Shown: one piece after another, positions 10,022-26,264 of the stretch
How positions within the stretch are numbered: position 1 is the first letter of the stretch
Layout: each line of letters opens with the position of its first letter
From: Kiritimatiellia bacterium
GTDB taxonomy: Bacteria > Verrucomicrobiota > Kiritimatiellia > PWTM01
NCBI GenBank assembly: GCA_026417735.1
Contig: JAOACR010000014.1
Coordinates: 70,829-134,828, forward strand
Reading direction: 5' to 3'
Length of the DNA stretch: 64,000 nt
Made by a program: the position numbers and the translations under genes
Notes under the pieces: generated by a model
Told to the model about the DNA's origin: nothing
Databases searched by the model: none
The model's input: only the letters and a program-made list of their open reading frames with translations

Positions 10022-10839
10022 CCGGCTGTTCAACCGGTATTGGTCGCGCGACCGCGCTGCTGCTTCGAGAGCGCGGCTGGCGGGTGCTGCCCACCGCGCG
10101 CAAGCCGGAGGACCTCGATCGCCTCCGGAGCGAAGGATTCGAGGCGGTGCGGCTCGATCTGGCCGATGAGGCCTCGGTCGAAGCGGCAGCCCGGGAAGTT
10201 CTGGAGCGGCTGCACGACGGCCTCGGCGGCATTGTAAACAATGCCGGCATCGGCGTGGGCGGTGCGGTCGAGGATCTCTCGCGCGAGGCGTTGCGCCGCC
10301 AGTTCGAGGTGAACGTGTTCGGATTGGTGGATTTCACAAACCGGCTTCTGCCCGCGATGCGCGCGCAGGGCTGGGGCCGCATTGTGAACGTCAGCTCCGT
10401 GCTCGGCCGTGTTGCGACGCCGCTGGTCGGCGCCTACTGTGCGAGCAAGTTTGCGCTCGAAGCGCTCTCCGACGCGTGGCGGGTGGAGTTGTGGGCGACT
10501 GGTATCGCCGTGAGTGTGATCGAGCCCGGGCCCATTGAGTCCGAGTTTCGACGCAACGCCGCGGAGACGGCAGCTCGGCTGCTGGATCCGGAGCGCTCGC
10601 GGTTCGGCCGGGAAATTCGCCGCCAGATTGAACGCCGACAGGCCCGCGACGAAGGCCGCCGCAGATGGATGTGGCCGCCGGAGACCGTCGCGCGGGCGAT
10701 CGCGCACGCGCTGGAGTCGCAACGGCCACGCCGGAGGTATCCGGTCACCTGGCCGGCCCGGGCCGGCGCGCTTGCCGCGCGCTTCGCGCCGATGGCCTGG
10801 CTCGACTGGATCAATCGACGGGCCGTGCCGGACGGCTGA
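9982..10839 (+). CDS. Short-chain dehydrogenase/reductase (SDR) family oxidoreductase
   Basis: TGxxxGIG dinucleotide motif (AVVTGCSTGIGRA), NNAG motif (IVNNAGIG), catalytic YCASK (YxxxK). The start lies inside the 3' end of the ROK gene (40-nt overlap). Confidence 0.85.
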   Translation: MHRPAVQTRSAVVTGCSTGIGRATALLLRERGWRVLPTARKPEDLDRLRSEGFEAVRLDLADEASVEAAAREVLERLHDGLGGIVNNAGIGVGGAVEDLSREALRRQFEVNVFGLVDFTNRLLPAMRAQGWGRIVNVSSVLGRVATPLVGAYCASKFALEALSDAWRVELWATGIAVSVIEPGPIESEFRRNAAETAARLLDPERSRFGREIRRQIERRQARDEGRRRWMWPPETVARAIAHALESQRPRRRYPVTWPARAGALAARFAPMAWLDWINRRAVPDG

Positions 10840-11746
10840 GCCGCCCGGCGGGCGCATCTCCTGCCGCGGGCAAGGGATCGAGAACCCAGCGCCGGTTGTA
10901 CCAGAAATACTGTTCCGGCCGCTCGAGGATCACCGGCGTCAGCACATCAAGCACATCCTGCAGGAGGCGACGCCTCCGCTCATGCCGAGATCCCTCCGAT
11001 GGCGGCCGCACCGCCGGCCAGATCCGCACGGTGTGATCGAAAGTGGAGGTTCGCCAGACCGCGCACGGTAGCACCGGCGCATGCCCCAGTTCCGCAAAAA
11101 AGGCGAGCCCGCCAGCGAGATTCGCCTCCCGGCCGAGAAACACCGCACGTACCCCAGGGCGCGGCGAGCGCAGATCGACCGGCATCGCCAGCACCGCCCC
11201 CTCCGCAAGCGCCCGGAGGATCCGTCGCGTCGCGGTTCCGCCCCGCGGCACCACCGTCACCCCCCGCCGCGCGCGCCAGCGAACGAGGTGGCGGTCCACC
11301 AGCGGATTCCGCTGCCGCGCGACGAGGGCGACCAGCCGGTAGCCGAACAGCGGTCCGAGCATGCCCGCCATCTCCCAGCTGCCGAGGTGGGGCACGGCGA
11401 GGACGGCGCCACGGCCCTCCGCCAGGGCTCGGCGAAGGTGATCCTCCCCCTCCACGCGAAAATGTCGCCGCACCCATTCGGGCGAATGTCGTGGGGCGTA
11501 CACCGCATCCACCACCGCCCAGAAAAAATGGCGCAGCCCCTCCCTGGCGATTTTCTCCGCCGCCGCGCCCGCGCCCAACACCCCGGCCACGCGGCGCATC
11601 GCTTCGGACCGCCGCCACCCGAAGTCGAAGAGGATCCGCGCGGCCGCTGCCGCCAGCCGGAGCGCCACCCCGTAGGGGAGCACCCCGGCGACCATCAGCG
11701 CGCCGCGCAGCGCAACATACTCGGCAACATGCCGCGGCCGGGCCAT
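10811..11746 (-). CDS. Lipid A biosynthesis (Kdo2-lipid IVA) acyltransferase family, LpxL/HtrB-like
   Basis: Conserved HLGNWE-type motif (VPHLGSWEMAG); size and topology are typical of LpxL/LpxM. Converges on and overlaps the SDR gene by 29 nt. Confidence 0.75.
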   Translation of the reverse strand: MARPRHVAEYVALRGALMVAGVLPYGVALRLAAAAARILFDFGWRRSEAMRRVAGVLGAGAAAEKIAREGLRHFFWAVVDAVYAPRHSPEWVRRHFRVEGEDHLRRALAEGRGAVLAVPHLGSWEMAGMLGPLFGYRLVALVARQRNPLVDRHLVRWRARRGVTVVPRGGTATRRILRALAEGAVLAMPVDLRSPRPGVRAVFLGREANLAGGLAFFAELGHAPVLPCAVWRTSTFDHTVRIWPAVRPPSEGSRHERRRRLLQDVLDVLTPVILERPEQYFWYNRRWVLDPLPAAGDAPAGRLSRPARPVD

Positions 11747-11783
11747 TCGCCGGCGCCCGCTGCCTGCGGACCGTCGGCCGCCC

Positions 11784-11981
11784 TTACTCGGTCACCTGAA
11801 TCGCCTGCACCGGGCAGTTGGCGGCCGCGTCGCGGACCGCATCCTCCAGCCCGGCCGGCACCTCGTCCACCTTCACCTTCGCGACCGAGCCGTCCATCAC
11901 AAACACGTCCGGCACCGCATCACAGCAAAGCTCGCACCCGGTGCAGGTATTCGCGTCCACCGTCGCTTTCATCTTCGGCAT
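11784..11981 (-). CDS. Small single-cluster ferredoxin (CxxCxxC...CP)
   Basis: 65 aa; cluster ligands CTGCELCC ... CP near the C-terminus, typical of [3Fe-4S]/[4Fe-4S] ferredoxins. Confidence 0.8.
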   Translation of the reverse strand: MPKMKATVDANTCTGCELCCDAVPDVFVMDGSVAKVKVDEVPAGLEDAVRDAAANCPVQAIQVTE

Positions 11982-12017
11982 CCTTTCACATCTCCGCCGG
12001 GCCGGGCGGACCTCGCC

Positions 12018-13051
12018 TCAGGCGATCGCATAGCGGCTCTTGTACTCTTCGAGAATCCGGATGTAGTTGGCGCGCTCGAACGCAGCCGGATTCGCGACCG
12101 CCCGCTGGCTCATCGCGCCGCGCATTTGTGCGACCGACTCGTACTCTTTTTCCGCCATCCAGCTCTCCAGCTCCTGCAACATGGTGCGCAGATGGCCGAT
12201 CCCGTTTTTCAGCAACGCGGAGCAGGTCTGCACCAGGTCCGCGCCGGCCAGCAGAAGCTTTGCGACGTCTAGCCCGCTATGCACACCGGTGGTCGCCGCC
12301 AGCGAGAGGTTTACGCGGCCGTGCAGAATCGCGATCCACCGCAGCGGCAGCCGCATCTCCGCCGGCGTGCTCAGGTGAAGGTCCGAGCGGACGTCCATTT
12401 CGTCGAGGTCAAAGTCGGGCTGATAGAAACGGTTGAAGAGCACCACACCGCGCGCGCCGGCCTGCTCCAGCCGGCGCACCATGTTCGCGATCGAACTGAA
12501 GAACGGCCCGATTTTGACCGCGATCGGCACCTGAACCGATCGCGCGACCGCGCTGACGACATCCACGTACATCTGCTCGACCTCCGCGCCGGACCGATCC
12601 GGGTCGGTCGCCAGGTAGTAGGTGTTCAGCTCGATCGCCCGCGCGCCCGCCTGCTCGATGCGCCGCGCATAGTCAATCCATCCCTCCTTGGAAACGCCAT
12701 TCAAGCTGCCGATCACCGGGATGGACAGCGCCTGCGATGCCTCGTGTACGAGCTCCAGATAGCGCTCCGGTCCCACCAGGTAGTCGCCCACATCCGGGAA
12801 GTAGGAGAGCGCCTCCGCGTAGCTTTCCGCGCCCGCGCTCATGAGGTGATCCAGCGCTTCCGCGTCGTGGTGAATCTGCTCCTCAAAGATCGAGAACATC
12901 ACCACCGCGCCGGCGCCCGCGTCCTCCAAGCGGCGCAGGTCGTCCAGCCGCTGCGAAAGCGGCGAAGCGGCCGCGGCCAGCGGATTTCGAAGCTTCAAGC
13001 CCATGTAGGTGGTCGTCAGGTCCATGGTCGGCTCCTCGTCGTTCTGTCCGC

Positions 13052-13055
<4 letters not shown>
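12018..13055 (-). CDS. Dihydroorotate dehydrogenase-family (class 1 DHOD / DHPD-like TIM-barrel flavoprotein) encoded beside PFOR
   Basis: 345 aa with DHOD-family features (LKLRNPLAAAASPL, IPVIGSLNG, PIAVKIGPF, ATTGVHSGLDVAKLLLAGADLVQTCSALL). Start overlaps the PFOR stop by 4 nt. Confidence 0.75.
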
Positions 13056-16633
<3,578 letters not shown>

Positions 16634-16674
16634 GGTCTGAATGTCTCTCCGCCGGCGAAAAACCGGACGGTCCT

Positions 16675-16702
16675 GTATACACGGTCATCTGCCCGCGGGC
16701 AA
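16675..16702 (-). promoter_or_regulatory. Candidate sigma70-like promoter for PFOR (-35 TTGCCC, 16-nt spacer, -10 TATACA)
   Basis: Read on the minus strand: TTGCCC (16697-16702), 16 nt, TATACA (16675-16680), ~40 nt upstream of the PFOR ATG. GGAGAG lies 10 nt before the ATG. Weak match to consensus. Confidence 0.25.
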
Positions 16703-17086
16703 GCAGTTCCACCGGCCGCCAGAGTGCCGCACAACCCCTGCTGGCTCAGAGCGTCCCGCCTCCCAGCGCTCCCCCCTCTGGCCCACCGCCGGCCACCTCA
16801 CATCGGAACACACCGGAACGGGCGGGCGCCGGTCGGAGGGAGGGGGCCCGAGATCCCCCCTGTACCCGGTCCAAGCGTTGGAGGCCTTGCTCCCGAAGCG
16901 CCCCAACCCTTGGAACACGTATGCCGGGCGGCATGGCCACCTCCCGACAGAACCAGCCCACCGCGTTCTCTCGACCCTCCGGTGAAGGCTTGCGATCTGC
17001 GCGCTCGGACTACCCGCACTGGGTCGCCCATCCGTGGCTCAGTTCGTGCCGACGCGGAGGCTGCGAACACCATCCGGACTCGTCGG

Positions 17087-17115
17087 TTGACGAAAAAGGA
17101 TCGGAGCTGTATGGT
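17087..17115 (+). promoter_or_regulatory. Near-consensus sigma70 promoter (TTGACG-17-TATGGT) facing away from PFOR, with no CDS downstream
   Basis: -35 TTGACG (17087-17092), 17-nt spacer, -10 TATGGT (17110-17115). Predicted transcription start ~17122. Confidence 0.4.
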
Positions 17116-17121
17116 ATCGGA

Positions 17122-17186
17122 GGGTGGCGCGCGTTTTCCCTGGGTTCCCCACCCAACCTCCTTGGCGCGCGCCGCCCTTTTTTTTA
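17122..17186 (+). ncRNA. Candidate ~65-nt small RNA (promoter plus intrinsic terminator, no ORF)
   Basis: Predicted transcript GGAGGGUGGCGCGCGUUUUCCCUGGGUUCCCCACCCAACCUCCUUGGCGCGCGCCGCCCUUUUUUUU. A 5' hairpin pairs GGAGG/GUGG with CCAC/CCUCC. The terminator is the GGCGCGCGCC palindrome plus U8 (17163-17185). It contains an anti-Shine-Dalgarno-like CCUCC segment. Confidence 0.3.
17161..17186 (+). terminator. Intrinsic terminator (GC palindrome GGCGCGCGCC-GCCC followed by T8) oriented on the plus strand
   Basis: CTTGGCGCGCGCCGCCCTTTTTTTT. The orientation fits a plus-strand transcript; it does not form a terminator for minus-strand cysK, which would read A-run then stem. Confidence 0.45.
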
Positions 17187-17248
17187 CCGGCTGCCCTCCG
17201 CCAGCGGCCGCGCGCTCTCCGCCACCCCCTACCTGAGAACGTGACCCC

Positions 17249-18205
17249 TCAGCCAATCCCTTCAAACAGAGCCGTGGAAAGGTAGCGCTCGCCCGCGTCG
17301 GGCAGCACAACGACAATCGTCTTGCCGGCCATCTCCGGTTCCCGCGCGACGCGCACCGCCACCGCCGCGGCCGCCCCGCACGAGATGCCGCTGAGAATTC
17401 CCTCCTCACGCGCGAGGCGGCGGGCCATTTCGATCGCCTCCTGGCTGTCCACCTGCTCCACGCGGTCCACCAGCGAAAGATCGAGCACATCCGGGATGAA
17501 TCCGGCACCGATCCCTTGGATTTTGTGCGGGCCGGGCTTCAGCTCCTGCCCGGCCAGCTTCTGCGAGATCACGGGGCTCTCACGTGGCTCAACCGCGATC
17601 GACAGCAGCGGCCGTCCACGAACGCGCTCAAAATAGCGCGACACGCCAGTGATCGTCCCACCGGTGCCAACGCCGGCCACCAGCACATCCACCTGTCCAT
17701 CCGTATCGTTCCAGATTTCCGGGCCGGTCGTCGCCTCGTGGATCGCCGGATTGGCGGGGGTTTTGAACTGCTGCGGCAGGAAATAGCGTTCCGGGTCCGA
17801 GGCGGCGATCTCCTCCGCGCGGCGGACCGCGCCGCGCATGCCCTCGTTGCCCGGCGTCAACACCAGCCGCGCGCCAAACATCGCCAGCACCCGGCGACGT
17901 TCCAGGCTCATCGTCTCCGGCATCGTCAACGTCAGCGGATAGCCTCGTGCGGCGGCGACGAACGCGAGCGCGATGCCCGTGTTGCCGCTGGTGGGTTCGA
18001 TGATCTCCATCCCTGGCCGCAACACACCGCGCTTCTCCGCGTCCCATACCATCGAGGCGCCGATCCGGCACTTCACGGAATACGCGGGATTGCGTCCCTC
18101 GATCTTCGCCAGCACCGTTGCCTTTGCGTTGCCCACCACGCGATTCAGCTTCACCAGGGGCGTGCGGCCAATGGACTGCGAGTTGTCCGCGTAGATCGTG
18201 CTCAT
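17249..18205 (-). CDS. cysK: Cysteine synthase A (O-acetylserine sulfhydrylase)
   Basis: [14 protein letters not shown] lysine context [33 protein letters not shown]. Confidence 0.9.
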   Translation of the reverse strand: MSTIYADNSQSIGRTPLVKLNRVVGNAKATVLAKIEGRNPAYSVKCRIGASMVWDAEKRGVLRPGMEIIEPTSGNTGIALAFVAAARGYPLTLTMPETMSLERRRVLAMFGARLVLTPGNEGMRGAVRRAEEIAASDPERYFLPQQFKTPANPAIHEATTGPEIWNDTDGQVDVLVAGVGTGGTITGVSRYFERVRGRPLLSIAVEPRESPVISQKLAGQELKPGPHKIQGIGAGFIPDVLDLSLVDRVEQVDSQEAIEMARRLAREEGILSGISCGAAAAVAVRVAREPEMAGKTIVVVLPDAGERYLSTALFEGIG

Positions 18206-18209
18206 GCGT

Positions 18210-19382
18210 TCAGTCTCCTTTCGATGCCGCCGGCGCGCAATCCGGCTGCAGGCCCTGCGCGAGGTCGGCGATCAGATCGTCGGGGTGTTCCAGCCCGACC
18301 GATAGACGCACCAGGTTGTCGCCAATCCCACGCGCGCGCCGTTCGGACGGCGGAATCGAAGCGTGCGTCATCCGCGCGGGGTGGCACACCAGCGATTCGA
18401 CCCCTCCCAAACTTTCGGCGAGCACAAACAGCTTCAGCCGGCTCACCAACCTCTCCACGGCGGCAAAACCGCCGGCCAGTTCGAAACTGACCATGCCCCC
18501 CCCAGCGCCACCCATCTGCCGCCGCACCAGCTCGGCCTGAGGATGGTCCTCCAATCCCGGATACAACACCCGCTCGACCGCGGGTTGGCCGCGCAACCAC
18601 TCCGCGACACGCCGCGCGCCACGACAATGCGCCGCCATCCGAACACTCAGCGTCTTCAGACCGCGCAGCACCAGCCAGCAATCCCACGGTCCCGGCACTG
18701 CACCGAACGCGTTTTGGTATAGACGCAGCCGGCGCCCAAGCTCCGCGTCCGACCAGATCACCGCACCGCCAATCAAATCGCTGTGGCCGCCGATGTACTT
18801 CGTTGTGCTGTGGACCACCAGATCCGCCCCCAGCTCGAGCGGCCGTTGCAGACATGGAGTCGCAAAAGTGCTGTCCACCGCCAGGTGCGCGCCATGCTCG
18901 TGCGCCACCTGTGCGACCGCGGCGATGTCGACCAGCCGCAACAGGGGATTCGTCGGCGTTTCAATCCAGATCAGCCGGGTTTCCGGGCGCATCGCCCGAC
19001 GATAGGCCTCGGGCTCGGTCGCGGTCACATAGTCGAATCTTAAGCCCCACGGCCGAAAGTATCGCTCGAACAGCCGGTACGTGCCGCCGTACAGATCGTC
19101 CGCCGCCACCACATGATCGCCGGGCCGCAACAGGTGAAGCACCGCCGCGGTCGCCGCAACGCCCGAAGCAAACGCCGCGGCGCCACCCCCTCCCTCCACC
19201 GCGGCCAGTGCCGTTTCCAGCGCGGTACGCGTCGGATTGCCCGTCCGGGAGTACTCGTAGCCGCGCGGCCGCCCGATTCCATCCTGCTGGAACGTCGAGG
19301 TCTGATACACCGGTACCGTCACCGCACCGGTCAGCCGGTCCGGATCCTGCCCCGCGTGAATGGCGAGCGTTTCGAACCTCAC
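18210..19382 (-). CDS. Cys/Met-metabolism PLP enzyme, cystathionine gamma-lyase / gamma-synthase family
   Basis: [35 protein letters not shown] lysine in [11 protein letters not shown]. Overlaps the CBS stop; the neighbouring CBS suggests a reverse-transsulfuration lyase role. Confidence 0.85.
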   Translation of the reverse strand: MRFETLAIHAGQDPDRLTGAVTVPVYQTSTFQQDGIGRPRGYEYSRTGNPTRTALETALAAVEGGGGAAAFASGVAATAAVLHLLRPGDHVVAADDLYGGTYRLFERYFRPWGLRFDYVTATEPEAYRRAMRPETRLIWIETPTNPLLRLVDIAAVAQVAHEHGAHLAVDSTFATPCLQRPLELGADLVVHSTTKYIGGHSDLIGGAVIWSDAELGRRLRLYQNAFGAVPGPWDCWLVLRGLKTLSVRMAAHCRGARRVAEWLRGQPAVERVLYPGLEDHPQAELVRRQMGGAGGGMVSFELAGGFAAVERLVSRLKLFVLAESLGGVESLVCHPARMTHASIPPSERRARGIGDNLVRLSVGLEHPDDLIADLAQGLQPDCAPAASKGD

Positions 19383-20770
19383 AGCCCGGCCCCCGGATCG
19401 CCGTCCTCCGGCTCGTCCTGCCGCATGATGAACAGGTCGATCAGATCCATTTTCGTCACCACGCCGGTCGGCGCCCCGTCTTTCGTCACCAGAATCGCGG
19501 GTGCACCGGCCAGGAAACGCCGATACGCCGCCGCAATGTCCACGCCCTCTTCCAGCTCCGGCAGCGGCCGGCCCATCACCGCGCCGACCTCCTGGTTCGA
19601 TGCGTCGATGCCGTCGAGCAGCAGCTTCATGATCGTCGCTTCCTGCAGACTCCCGACCGCTCGCCCCCCCTCAATCACCGGCAGCTGCGAAATGTTGTAG
19701 ACATGCATCAGCTCGACCGCGCGGCGCAGCCGGTCCCGCGGCGCCACCGCGATCAGCTCTGGCATCATGTATTTGCGACGCAGCACGTCCGCAAGCGTGC
19801 GGCGGCGGCGGTTCTCCCGCTCCCAAAAGCCGTGCTCTCGCATCCAGTCGTCATTGAAACACTTGGTCAAATAGTTCCGCGCGGTATCGGGCAGCAGCAC
19901 CACAACGATCCGCGGCGGCGAGAGCGTCTCCGCGTATTTCAGCGCAGCAGCCACCGCCGTGCCGGACGATCCTCCCGCAAGGATGCCCTCTTCACGGGCC
20001 AAGCGCCGAGCGGTCTGAAAGGACTCGCGGTCGCTCACGCGGATCATCTCGTCCACCACGGGCCGATCAAACGTGCGGGGCACGAAATCCTCGCCGATAC
20101 CCTCCACCAGGTAAGCCCGGGGCTGATCCCCCGAGAGGATCGAGCCTTCCGGATCCGCACCCACGATGCGGATCTCCGGGTTGCGCTCTTTCAGGAACCG
20201 GCCCACGCCGGAGATCGTTCCGCCGGTTCCCATCCCCGCGACAAACACGCCGATCCGCCCTTCCGTCTGCTCCCAGATTTCCGGGCCGGTCGTGCGGTAG
20301 TGCGCCTCCGGGTTCGCCTCGTTCGCAAACTGGTTCGGGCGGAACGCGCCGGGGATCTCACGGGCGAGACGGTCTGCGACACCGTTGTAGCTGTCCGGCG
20401 AATCCGGCGGGACATTCGTCGCAGTGACGACGACCTCCGCACCGAGTGCCCGCAGAAGCCGCATCTTGTCCTCGCTCATCTTATCCGGCATCACGACAAT
20501 GAGCCGGTACCCCTTCACGGCTGCGACCAGCGCAAGCCCCACCCCCGTGTTGCCGGCGGTCGCCTCGATGATCGTGCCACCCGGCCGCAGCTGGCCGGAA
20601 CGCTCCGCCGCCTCGATCATCGCTAGCGCCGGGCGGTCTTTCACACTGCCGCCCGGATTCATGAACTCGGCCTTCACGTAGATGGGCGATGCAAGATGTT
20701 GCGCCAGCCGATTGAGCCGAATCAGCGGCGTGCGGCCGATCGCCTCGAGCACGTTCGCACAGGTCTTCAC
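19379..20770 (-). CDS. Cystathionine beta-synthase (PLP fold-II domain plus C-terminal CBS-domain pair)
   Basis: N-terminal CysK-like PLP domain (IGRTPLIRLNR, SVKDRPA, TAGNTGVGLAL, GTGGTISG). C-terminal ~120 aa CBS pair (MMPELIAVAPRDRLRRAVELMHVYNISQLPVIEGGRAVGSL...). Confidence 0.85.
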   Translation of the reverse strand: MKTCANVLEAIGRTPLIRLNRLAQHLASPIYVKAEFMNPGGSVKDRPALAMIEAAERSGQLRPGGTIIEATAGNTGVGLALVAAVKGYRLIVVMPDKMSEDKMRLLRALGAEVVVTATNVPPDSPDSYNGVADRLAREIPGAFRPNQFANEANPEAHYRTTGPEIWEQTEGRIGVFVAGMGTGGTISGVGRFLKERNPEIRIVGADPEGSILSGDQPRAYLVEGIGEDFVPRTFDRPVVDEMIRVSDRESFQTARRLAREEGILAGGSSGTAVAAALKYAETLSPPRIVVVLLPDTARNYLTKCFNDDWMREHGFWERENRRRRTLADVLRRKYMMPELIAVAPRDRLRRAVELMHVYNISQLPVIEGGRAVGSLQEATIMKLLLDGIDASNQEVGAVMGRPLPELEEGVDIAAAYRRFLAGAPAILVTKDGAPTGVVTKMDLIDLFIMRQDEPEDGDPGAGL

Positions 20771-20790
20771 TCGACCTCACCGCCCTCCGT

Positions 20791-21234
20791 TCAGACCGCC
20801 CGTTCGACCTCGACGCGCACCGGCGTCGTGTTCGCAAGGTTGTCCGACACGGGGCACCGACGCCGCACCGCCTCCAGCCAGCGATCGAGCGCGGCGGCGG
20901 ACGCGTCCGAAACGACGCCCAGCTTCACGCGGATTTCGCGGAACCCGGCACGCGCCTCGGTGGGCTCCCCCAGAAATCGCGCCGGATCCAATACACCGCT
21001 CACCGAAATCCCCAGTGACCGGATGTGGATGCCCATCTCCTTCGCCACCACGTGCGCCACCACGTTCAGGCAGCCCGCCAACCCCGCCAGCACGTGTTCC
21101 ACCGGGTTCGGGCCGCGATCACTGCCGCCGAGTTCGGCAGGTTCGTCCACGAGCAACTCGAATTGGCGCGCACGCACGCGCGTGCGAGTTGGCGATTCCG
21201 ACGCGCCTTGCACCGCAAATGTCAGCTCCGGCAT
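20791..21234 (-). CDS. OsmC/Ohr-family peroxiredoxin-like protein
   Basis: 147 aa; the OsmC signature has two conserved Cys (LAGLAGCLNVV and RRRCPVSDNL). Confidence 0.8.
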   Translation of the reverse strand: MPELTFAVQGASESPTRTRVRARQFELLVDEPAELGGSDRGPNPVEHVLAGLAGCLNVVAHVVAKEMGIHIRSLGISVSGVLDPARFLGEPTEARAGFREIRVKLGVVSDASAAALDRWLEAVRRRCPVSDNLANTTPVRVEVERAV

Positions 21235-21266
21235 CGAGCAGACCCTCCAGCGGGCGGACCGTCCTC

Positions 21267-23074
<1,808 letters not shown>

Positions 23075-23101
23075 CTTCCAGTAATAGAATCGTCAGTGTT
23101 C

Positions 23102-23129
23102 AGAATATCCTGCCTAATGGATTTGTCAA
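23102..23129 (-). promoter_or_regulatory. Sigma70 promoter for the rrf2 operon (-35 TTGACA, 16-nt spacer, -10 TATTCT) in an AT-rich island
   Basis: Minus-strand reading: cTTGACAaatccattaggcaggaTATTCTgaac. Local GC is far below the ~70% window average. TTTGTC is directly repeated across the -35 (TTTGTCAAGTTTGTC on the plus strand). Confidence 0.5.
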
Positions 23130-23591
23130 GTTTGTCGATTCGTTTTTTCCATCAAGGTGTGTTTCGATGAGAAGGACGCGAGGAATTCCTCTTGCTTCGC
23201 TCAAACGGTGCCGAAGATTACCACGCTGCTTGGGTCTCTGTCCCTCTCCTCGCCCGGACCTCTATGGATCGGTTCCGCTCCGGGCCCCACCTCATGGAGA
23301 GCGATCAGATTCTCCCGCCCCGGCCCGCCGTGTTCTCTCTCCCCATCCCCGAACTTTTCGCTGCAATTCTCCGTTCCCCGGGTCGGCCTACCGCTCCATC
23401 TCGCACAGGCGTGCCATCCCTCATCTGCTATGCTGACCAGACCCGCCGCTTGAGCAGATCGCCTGAGAAGGCTCTGTCCCCAGCTCGTTTCGAGGGCCCG
23501 ACGGATTCAATCCCCGCTGGAAACTACCCCCGCCGACCTCTCCAACCAAAGGCCCCTACCCCCCAGTATTCCCCTCCACACTTCACAGCAC

Positions 23592-24355
23592 TCAACCCTT
23601 GCTCGATCTGAACTCCAACTCCGCCACCATCAGCGCCATCATCGCAATCGCCGCGGTCTCGACGCGTAAAATGAAGCCCCCGATTCTCACCGGCCGAAAG
23701 CCAGCTGCGCGGAAACGCGCAAGCTCTTCGGCCGTCCACCCCCCCTCCGGACCGACCGCCGCGCACACATGTTTCCAAGACGAAGAGCACCCCGCCGCGG
23801 CCCGCGCCTCCGCCCATGAGTGCACCCCTTCGCCCGCCTCGCATACGAACGACGCGCCCGCCTCACCGCCCGCTTCAAGGGCCCTCTCAATCTCCCCCGC
23901 CCAAACAATCTCCGGCAGCCAGTTACACCCTGACTGCTTCGCTGCCGCCACCGCGGCCGACCGCCAGCGTTGCCGCCACCGCTCCACCTCTCTTGGAGCG
24001 GGACGGGCCACGGAGCGCTCGGCGGGAAAGAACACGACTCGCTGAACGCCGAGCTCGACCGCCGCGCGAACGATCATCTCTTTCTTGTCACCTTTCGGCG
24101 CGCCTTGAATCAGCGTCGCGCGCCAATCCGGCAACACCTCCGCACGGGCAGGTCCAACCTCGATCCACACCTGCGTTCGCTGCACCTCGGCAATGCGCCC
24201 CAACGCGCGCCGGCCAGCCCCGTCAAACGCCTCCACCGCCGCTCCCGGCCCCAGACGCAACACGACCACCAAATGTCGTGCCTCTTCCGGCTCCAGCAGC
24301 ACCATCCCCCCTTCGGGCGGAAGCAGCGGAGCGAAACAGCGTGGCGGCCGGTGAG
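23592..24355 (-). CDS. rsmE: 16S rRNA (uracil1498-N3)-methyltransferase RsmE
   Basis: RsmE N-terminal PRCFAPLLPPEGGMVLLEPEEARHLVVVLRLGPG (compare PRFYV...ELPEEAAHHL). The C-terminus has a SPOUT knot motif (AAVGPEGGWTAEEL). Start ambiguous: GTG 24355, ATG 24413 or ATG 24437. Confidence 0.75.
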
Positions 24356-24384
24356 TGGGACACACGCGCGCACGACCCCCCGCT

Positions 24385-26176
<1,792 letters not shown>

Positions 26177-26264
26177 AATAACGCTTCAGCATAGCACATT
26201 CGGCCGGGACGCAACGCGAAGTCCCCTCCCGCCCTCGCGGTGCCCCAAAACTCCACAAGGCCGA

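Noticed and set aside
8854-10839. 661-aa plus-strand ORF spanning the ROK and SDR genes
   Set aside because: Only its last ~285 codons (from ATG 9982) make a coherent SDR protein. The upstream part is an Arg-rich off-frame read-through of the ROK gene.
16960-17000. RNase P P4-like motif ACAGAACCAGCC
   Set aside because: The partner strand GGAAAGUCCGGGCUCC and the GGGUGAAA/GUAAGAGCGCACC motifs are absent from both strands of the intergenic region.
23480-23540. tRNA-like T-arm element GGATTCAATCC
   Set aside because: No compatible 5-bp T-stem, acceptor stem or anticodon arm could be built on either strand; probably chance.
26177-26264. Possible CIRCE/HrcA operator upstream of grpE
   Set aside because: Only one TAGCAC half-site is present and there is no inverted partner at 9-nt spacing.
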